Assembly: GCA_938091905.1 (NCBI GenBank)
Contig: CALKOM010000083.1
Coordinates: forward strand, 1 to 41,892
Source of the DNA: an uncultured Verrucomicrobiales bacterium
GTDB taxonomy: Bacteria; Verrucomicrobiota; Verrucomicrobiia; Verrucomicrobiales; DEV007
Direction: 5' to 3'
DNA length: 41,892 bases
A program made the position numbers and the translations under genes. The notes under the pieces were generated by a model. That model was not told the DNA's origin. It did no database searches and was given only the letters and a program-made list of their open reading frames with translations. How positions within the stretch are numbered: the first letter of the stretch is position 1; each line of letters opens with the position of its first letter. This document shows positions 36,273-41,892 of the stretch, piece after piece.

Positions 36273-37727
36273 ATGAATTATTTCACGCGTCTCGGCTCTC
36301 TTGCCATCTTCCTAATCTCAGCCTCGATACAGAGCACGTCGGCAAATGTCCTCTTCATTGCTGTCGATGACTTGGCGGCGACATTGGGATGTTACGGCGA
36401 CGTTATAGCGAAGACTCCAAACATCGACCAACTGGCAGCGACGGGGGTGCGATTCTCCCGAGCCTACAATCAGCTCCCGTTGTGCAATCCGACTCGGGCC
36501 TCCGTCATGACCGGTCGGCGCCCGGATACCATCCAGGTCTACGACTTGGATCAACATTTCCGCGAAGCCTTGCCCGATGTCGTGACCCTTTCTCAGGCAT
36601 TTCTTCAAAAGGGCTATTTCACGGCACGTGTTGGCAAGATCTATCACTACAACGTTCCCGCAAGCATCGGCACCGCCGGATTTGACGATCCTCCATCGTG
36701 GGAGAAGACGATCAATCCCAAAGGGCGCGATATACTTGATGAGGCGCTCATCTTCAATGCCGAGCCTCATCGCAAGATCAGCGCCGCGCTCAGTTGGTTA
36801 GCCGCAGACGGTGAGGATGAGGACCAGACCGATGGGATGATTGCTACACAGGCGATCCGAATGATGAAAGAGAAACGAAGAGAGCGGTTCTTCATCGCCG
36901 CCGGATTCTTTCGTCCTCACACGCCCTTTGTCGCGCCAAAGAAGTATTTCGACATGTATCCTCTCGAAGAAATCCGGTTGCCCTACGCGCCCGAGAATGA
37001 TCGTGCGGATATTCCGGTGCCTGCCTTTGCTCACAATTGTCCCATCCCAAACTACGGATTAGATGAGATGACTTGTCGTAAGGCTGTGCAGGCTTACTAC
37101 GCGTGTGTTTCTTTCATTGATGCACAAGTGGGACGTCTTCTCGATGCCTTGGATTCGCTAGGACTAGCAGAAACAACCTTGGTGGTCTTCTGGAGTGATC
37201 ATGGTTATCATTTAGGCGAACACGCCGGCACTTGGCAGAAGCGCACCTTATTTGAAGAGTGCGCCAAGGCCCCTCTCATTATCCGTGCTCCTGGAAAGTG
37301 GGGAAACGGGCAGTCGTGTGATCGGATTGTCGAGTTTGTGGACATCTATCCAACGGTATTGGAGGTGACAGGCAAACCTTCTCAAAGTGGGCTTGAAGGA
37401 AGGAGTTTAGGACCACTACTGAATAATCCGCTCGCCCCCTGGGATGGCCAAGCCGTCACCCAGATCTTGCGACCGGCGGACGACCGCTTGAAGACACCCG
37501 TCATGGGCAGAAGCATTCGCACAGATCGATGGCGCTACACAGAGTGGGATGAAGGCCGCGCAGGAACCGAACTCTACGACCATCATGCAGACCCGAACGA
37601 GTTTCAAAACCTAGCAGTTGCGCCACCGCCGTATCTCAAAAAAGTCATGGCTTCGCTGAAACGGCCCCTAGAGAAGAAGGCGAGAGGCAAAGTCCCCGAA
37701 ACTCCGTTCAATCCACCTCGTCTATGA
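36273..37727 (+). CDS. Cys-type sulfatase (iduronate-2-sulfatase-like)
   Basis: Signal peptide, [18 protein letters not shown] (CxPxR), [24 protein letters not shown]. Confidence 0.94.
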   Translation: MNYFTRLGSLAIFLISASIQSTSANVLFIAVDDLAATLGCYGDVIAKTPNIDQLAATGVRFSRAYNQLPLCNPTRASVMTGRRPDTIQVYDLDQHFREALPDVVTLSQAFLQKGYFTARVGKIYHYNVPASIGTAGFDDPPSWEKTINPKGRDILDEALIFNAEPHRKISAALSWLAADGEDEDQTDGMIATQAIRMMKEKRRERFFIAAGFFRPHTPFVAPKKYFDMYPLEEIRLPYAPENDRADIPVPAFAHNCPIPNYGLDEMTCRKAVQAYYACVSFIDAQVGRLLDALDSLGLAETTLVVFWSDHGYHLGEHAGTWQKRTLFEECAKAPLIIRAPGKWGNGQSCDRIVEFVDIYPTVLEVTGKPSQSGLEGRSLGPLLNNPLAPWDGQAVTQILRPADDRLKTPVMGRSIRTDRWRYTEWDEGRAGTELYDHHADPNEFQNLAVAPPPYLKKVMASLKRPLEKKARGKVPETPFNPPRL

Positions 37728-37825
37728 CAATGAGGCGACAAGTTCAATCGACACCTTGACCAATGTCTGGGTGAGCCTAGCCTCCAGGGTCCCATCGATT
37801 ACCTCAACTTCTAAGATATCTACGC

Positions 37826-38626
37826 ATGAGCAAACTAGCCTGGAAGAACCCACCCAAGTACTGCCCCCACCGCGATAGCGCCGAGGGAGTGAAACTTAGG
37901 ATCGCCTACAATTCGCTCTACAGCGACGTCGAGTTCATCAAAAAGGACGTCACGCTAGAAGAGAGGGACAAGGCGATTAAGGAGGTCTTGGAATCCGATG
38001 AGGTGAAGAACTGTCGAATTCGGCTTCGAAGCCAAGGGATCATCCACTCAAGCCTTAACCACCTCACAGTGAACCTGCGTGAGCCTGAGGGACTTGACCT
38101 ATCCAGTGACGAGATCGAGGAGATGTTGAGTGTGGCCCATCAGTGGAGTGAGGTTTGCCGAGAGTACAACAAAGGGAACACGGACAGTCCGGAGCGAGCG
38201 GTGAACAATCCGCCAGCGTTTAAGCATCCAACGACGAAGGAAGAGGCGGTCAAATTCCTAACCTGTGAGATCGTGTTTGGAGGGTCTGCCCAAGTGACGA
38301 GTGATACTCATGTCTCGGGACTGACACTAGATGACTTTCGGTATTTGGAAGAGTCCGTAACTGTGGAAAGGTTTCAGAAGATTCTTGATGAAGTCGCGTC
38401 TAACACCGAGCCTGAATGGTCGGAGGTCTTCAAGCGCCTAAACGACTTTGATGAAGTGGGCCATTACGTATCTTACAACACCTCACTGGAAGCTCCTTCG
38501 ACTCAGTTGATGGGCTTTGTCTCGTCTGGGTTTGAGAAATGGAGGGACAGCAAGGCGGAGGCGTCTCGGCAAGTCTGTGACGGGTTCATCGATGAAAGCG
38601 CTCTGACAAAGGGTCTCATCGAATAG
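37826..38626 (+). CDS. Hypothetical protein (no recognised domain)
   Basis: 266-aa ATG-initiated ORF filling the gap between two convergent sulfatase genes. Confidence 0.7.
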   Translation: MSKLAWKNPPKYCPHRDSAEGVKLRIAYNSLYSDVEFIKKDVTLEERDKAIKEVLESDEVKNCRIRLRSQGIIHSSLNHLTVNLREPEGLDLSSDEIEEMLSVAHQWSEVCREYNKGNTDSPERAVNNPPAFKHPTTKEEAVKFLTCEIVFGGSAQVTSDTHVSGLTLDDFRYLEESVTVERFQKILDEVASNTEPEWSEVFKRLNDFDEVGHYVSYNTSLEAPSTQLMGFVSSGFEKWRDSKAEASRQVCDGFIDESALTKGLIE

Positions 38627-38641
38627 AGTAGGCCCAGGCCA

Positions 38642-40339
38642 CTAATACTCCGTCTTAATCCCGAGGATGGACTCACAAGAAAACCGAATGAACAGGGCCA
38701 AGGAAGTGTCCTTTCGGCCACGCCACGCTTTCAAGGTTGCTTCGACACTCTGGCGAGCCTTGGACGAGAGGTTCCCTCGGAGTTCCAGATCTCGCGCGGC
38801 CTGCATCACTAGAAATGGTTGCTCGGAAGATAACAGTTTTACTAGCGCGCCTTCTTCCTTCGCCGCGGGTGCGAAGTTGGCCTCCACCTGATCGACCAGT
38901 TTCTTTAGAGGCACCTTCGCTCGGTCCTTCCCTAGATCATAACTTATTGCCGTGTCGCGGGTTAGGTTTACTTGATCGCTTTCTGGCAAATATCCCAGAT
39001 CCCGGAGTTCCATAGCTTGATCAATCAACGTCGCCCGCATGTTTTCAAGCGTTTCAGCATGACTGACATCGGCCGCAAGATTGGTGATTTGATGAGGATC
39101 AAGGCGTACATCGTAGAGTTCTTCCCGGGGACGGATCGGTCCGGCAAAGGCACGCTGTGCAGCCGTCATGGATGACCGCTTCACTCCATAGAACTCATGC
39201 CGGATGTCACTTTGATCTGGATACACGCTTCGCTGGTTCCAGCCGAAATGGGGCATGTAATTTCTAATGTAGAGGAAGTTCCTGTCTCGCACCGATCGCG
39301 AGAAATCAAACACTTCATCGATCCGATCCCGGGCGCCGTAAACGATCTTTCGTGGCTCAGCCGACTTGGCTCCTCCAAGAAAGGGTAGCCCCTGCATGTA
39401 TTCAGGAATCTCTAATCCTAACAAACTCAAGATAGTGGGCGGAAAATCGACAAAACTAACAAGGTCCTCGACTGTTTTGCCAGGATCCGCCGACGCCAGA
39501 TGGCGGAATTTTTCCGGAAAACGAACAATCATGGGCACATGCATGCCGGAATCGTGCAGCACGCGCTTGTGACGAGGCAGGCCTGCCCCGTGATCGGCAT
39601 AATAGAAGACAATCGTATCCTCGGCCAAGCCGTCGTCTTTCAACTGCTTAAGAATTGCTCCGGTGTTATCATCCATCACCGAAACACAATCATAGTGGCG
39701 GGCGATGGTTTGCCGCACGATGGGGGTGTCAGGATAGTACGGGGGAACGGGTGCCGCCGCTGGGCCATGGATGCGTTCTGCAGGCAGCCGTGACTGCACT
39801 TCCCCCTGAAATTTTGCATAGGACCAGGTCATGCTGCGCGATTGATGGGTCGTCATGTCGTTGAAGACGGCAAAGAAAGGTTGCTCCTTGTCCGGGCGAT
39901 GGCGCCAGTGTGCTGTAGCGCTGCTCTCGTCCCAGGCTTCCTCGATAAGCCGGGCCTCGGAGCCCGTGTTGTAATCCGTCTTAACATTGTTCGTGGTGTA
40001 GTAGCCTGCCGCGCGAAGGAAGGAAGGCCACGCCTTGATCGACTCTGGAATGGCAAAGTCACTGCGCATCTGATGGGTCCCCATGGTCTGCGCGTAGAGC
40101 CCGGTGATAAGACAGGAGCGAGACGGCGAGCACACGGGAGCTGTGGCAAATGTGTTCGTGTAGCGCACGCCCTCCTCGGCCAACCGATCAACATGGGGCG
40201 TGTCCGCGTAATCGTCTCCCCAACAGCCAAGCGTGGCGCTCATGTCTTCGACCGTGATCCAGAGGATATTGGGACGGTCTGCCGCGGGTGCCGCCAACGC
40301 CAGGCATGAAAAGATGATGCAAAGCAGTCGTCGTATCAT
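38642..40339 (-). CDS. Cys-type sulfatase (sulfamidase-like) with short helical C-terminal extension
   Basis: RPNILWITVED, CSPSRSCLITG, KTDYN, ADHGAGLPRHK, EELYD. ATG 40339 with signal peptide; the ORF-track extension runs into the IS-like end. Confidence 0.93.
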   Translation of the reverse strand: MIRRLLCIIFSCLALAAPAADRPNILWITVEDMSATLGCWGDDYADTPHVDRLAEEGVRYTNTFATAPVCSPSRSCLITGLYAQTMGTHQMRSDFAIPESIKAWPSFLRAAGYYTTNNVKTDYNTGSEARLIEEAWDESSATAHWRHRPDKEQPFFAVFNDMTTHQSRSMTWSYAKFQGEVQSRLPAERIHGPAAAPVPPYYPDTPIVRQTIARHYDCVSVMDDNTGAILKQLKDDGLAEDTIVFYYADHGAGLPRHKRVLHDSGMHVPMIVRFPEKFRHLASADPGKTVEDLVSFVDFPPTILSLLGLEIPEYMQGLPFLGGAKSAEPRKIVYGARDRIDEVFDFSRSVRDRNFLYIRNYMPHFGWNQRSVYPDQSDIRHEFYGVKRSSMTAAQRAFAGPIRPREELYDVRLDPHQITNLAADVSHAETLENMRATLIDQAMELRDLGYLPESDQVNLTRDTAISYDLGKDRAKVPLKKLVDQVEANFAPAAKEEGALVKLLSSEQPFLVMQAARDLELRGNLSSKARQSVEATLKAWRGRKDTSLALFIRFSCESILGIKTEY

Positions 40340-40415
40340 GCGAGCACTCAAGCGCTTTGGATTCCATGCGCCAACCTTACAGTGGCATCCCACGCCAATT
40401 TCTGCCTGAGGGAGC

Positions 40416-40443
40416 CCATGTCCACTTTCTCGTGGGAACTCCA
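40416..40443 (-). repeat. Solo IS3-type terminal repeat
   Basis: CCATGTCCACTTTCTCGTGGGAACTCCA, 26/28 identical to 113-140, same orientation, no adjacent transposase. Confidence 0.75.
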
Positions 40444-40602
40444 CCTGCTGGTCATAGCTTCGCTTACGAGGCTGAATCTCCCTCGGTGGCGGGCGCCTGG
40501 CTTGAGCTGAGCAGTTGTGTGAGTGGTTGATTGATAGGTGATTGTTATAAAGGATTGATATCTACTTTATTCCAGACGGCCAACGATACTCCTCGTGGCC
40601 AG

Positions 40603-40631
40603 TTGACCCGGCAAACAACTCAGGATAGTTT
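40603..40631 (+). promoter_or_regulatory. Candidate sigma70 promoter, possibly leaderless
   Basis: TTGACC-N17-TAGTTT ending 7 nt before ATG 40639. No Shine-Dalgarno. Confidence 0.4.
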
Positions 40632-40638
40632 CTAAGAA

Positions 40639-41319
40639 ATGTTCAATCTAAACAGCATCCCAGCCCAGCTAGCTAGCGCCGCATTGCTCTCTCTAGCGCT
40701 CGTTTCTTGCCAGACCGTCGACCCCTACACAGGTGAACAGAAACTTTCAAAGACCGCTTCGGGCGCGGGAATCGGAGCTGCTCTCGGTGCTGGTCTAGGA
40801 GCGGTCATTGGAAATAACACCGGTGACGGTAATGCCGGGCAAGGCGCCCTCATTGGCGCGGCTCTCGGGGCCGGCCTCGGTGGTGGAATTGGAAACTACA
40901 TGGACCGTCAGGAAGCCGCCATCCGCGCTGAGCTTGAGGGCACCGGCGTGAGCGTTACCCGCAACGGCAACAACATCATCCTGAACATGCCCCATGACAT
41001 CACGTTCGATGTCGCTGACGACCGCCTTCGCTCTGATTTCGGCCGCACTCTCAACTCTGTCGCCATTGTCCTGCGGAAGTTTGACAAAACCCTCATCAAT
41101 GTAGACGGCCATACCGATTCCGATGGCGGTGTCGATTACAACCAGGCCCTCTCTGAGCGCCGCGCAGCCTCGGTAGCCCGCTTTATTGAATCCCGCGGCG
41201 TGAACGGCCAACGCCTGATCGTCCGCGGCTATGGTGAGTCCAGACCGATTGCCTCCAACAATTCGAGCGCCGGCAAAGCACAAAACCGGCGTGTGGAATT
41301 GCATATTGCTCCACGATAA
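40639..41319 (+). CDS. OmpA-family lipoprotein with glycine zipper (YiaD-like)
   Basis: Lipobox LVSC, DPYTGE, GxxxG zipper, YMDRQE, GHTDSDG, NQALSERRA, NRRVE. Confidence 0.94.
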   Translation: MFNLNSIPAQLASAALLSLALVSCQTVDPYTGEQKLSKTASGAGIGAALGAGLGAVIGNNTGDGNAGQGALIGAALGAGLGGGIGNYMDRQEAAIRAELEGTGVSVTRNGNNIILNMPHDITFDVADDRLRSDFGRTLNSVAIVLRKFDKTLINVDGHTDSDGGVDYNQALSERRAASVARFIESRGVNGQRLIVRGYGESRPIASNNSSAGKAQNRRVELHIAPR

Positions 41320-41505
41320 AACTTCAAGGCCTTGGTGCCAGTTACATGTCCTCGATGCCAACCATGTAGCAAGGTGCAGCTTTAGGATCTTTGCCGAAAG
41401 CATGGAAGTTGAGGCGGTGTTCGGCTGTATTGAGTGCGTGCTCACCGAAGAAGAGTTCGCCAAAGGTAACCACTCGGGCGTCAGGCAGGCTGGTTTCGTC
41501 CAAGG

Positions 41506-41649
41506 TTAGCTGCATTTTTTTTCAAGGCCGATTCTCTCCTTGGTATCGTTGCTCTCCCTCACCTTAACAGGCAACCCATCGAGAGTCTTCCAAGCGTCAG
41601 TGAAAAGCCCGAGATCGAAGTAGCCTTGAGCGTTGGTCAGTGTTTCCAT
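41506..41649 (-). pseudogene. Truncated TPR-like gene fragment
   Basis: METLTNAQGYFDLGLFTDAWKTLDGLP resembles the AxGYxxLG...A...L first helix pair of small TPR-like proteins. It stops after 47 aa. Confidence 0.35.
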
Positions 41650-41654
41650 TCTTG

Positions 41655-41892
41655 GTGTTCCGATCCTCGTCACTGGCCGCCTTGCTGGCAATCCTCATCT
41701 CCGTTTTCACGGCATGCTCGGAGCCTCCAGCTACCAGGGCACAACAACCGAGAAGCAAGGCATCAGTCCAGGCTCTCTCCGCTCTCATTGATCCTGCCAA
41801 GCTAGACACGCTCAAGAGTGATCGTGCAGCCAATCCTAGACTCAGGAAAGCCTGCTATTGGCTCCATGTTGCCAAGGTGGATGGCATCACCG
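41655..41892 (+). CDS. Hypothetical lipoprotein, partial (runs off window end)
   Basis: Open frame VFRSSSLAALLAILISVFTAC-SEPP...LIDPAKLDTLKSDRAANPRLRKACYWL with a lipobox. Start uncertain (GTG 41640, TTG 41652 or GTG 41655). Confidence 0.6.
   Translation, partial: MFRSSSLAALLAILISVFTACSEPPATRAQQPRSKASVQALSALIDPAKLDTLKSDRAANPRLRKACYWLHVAKVDGIT

Noticed and set aside
113..40443. Composite transposon or genomic island bounded by the two 28-bp repeats
   Set aside because: The repeats are in direct, not inverted, orientation. No target duplication is evident, and the interval carries core genes (rpmF, rnr, helicases).
40340..40444. N-terminal extension MEFPRESGHG... of the sulfatase, or a MITE at this position
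   Set aside because: The extension is translation through the IS-like end, and a signal peptide starts at ATG 40339. No convincing partner inverted repeat defines a MITE.
40795..41463. 222-aa antisense ORF and the many other 60-155 aa overlapping ORFs in the track
   Set aside because: They are shadows of well-supported genes on the opposite strand or in another frame, with no recognisable motifs.
1..41892. CRISPR array, tRNA (including tRNA-Sec), rRNA, prophage genes
   Set aside because: No regularly spaced repeats, cloverleaf-like segments or phage hallmark proteins were seen by inspection. A covariance-model scan would be needed to exclude small RNAs.

Overview
A gene-dense bacterial chromosomal segment. 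The L32 sequence, lamin-tail/CotH protein, sulfatases and pilin-like gene point to Verrucomicrobiota (inference). Housekeeping genes include yceD-rpmF, aat, a UvrD/Rep helicase, a CNNM/CBS protein, sixA, ydbH-ynbE-ydbL, a lactonase, an RlmM-like methyltransferase, a DEAD-box helicase, rnr, two sulfatases and an OmpA lipoprotein. The most striking accessory module is a translationally coupled operon (10488 to about 3695, minus strand). It encodes a class III nucleotide cyclase fused to three tandem TIR-like domains, a membrane-spanning effector-less nSTAND1 NTPase with a TPR/WD40 sensor, and a decayed ankyrin gene. This is a candidate NLR-like, cyclic-nucleotide/TIR signalling or immunity system. 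Features the ORF track misses: a probable selenoprotein (in-frame TGA at 13118 plus a SECIS-like hairpin); an IS3-family end interrupting an ECF sigma gene, with a solo 26/28-identical copy 40.3 kb away; and a pilin/choice-of-anchor-K-like gene broken by four in-frame TAGs. Two adjacent intact genes look like pseudoenzymes, and several other pseudogenes suggest genome erosion. No tRNA, rRNA or CRISPR array was seen. Family assignments come from motif recognition only, and no searches were run.
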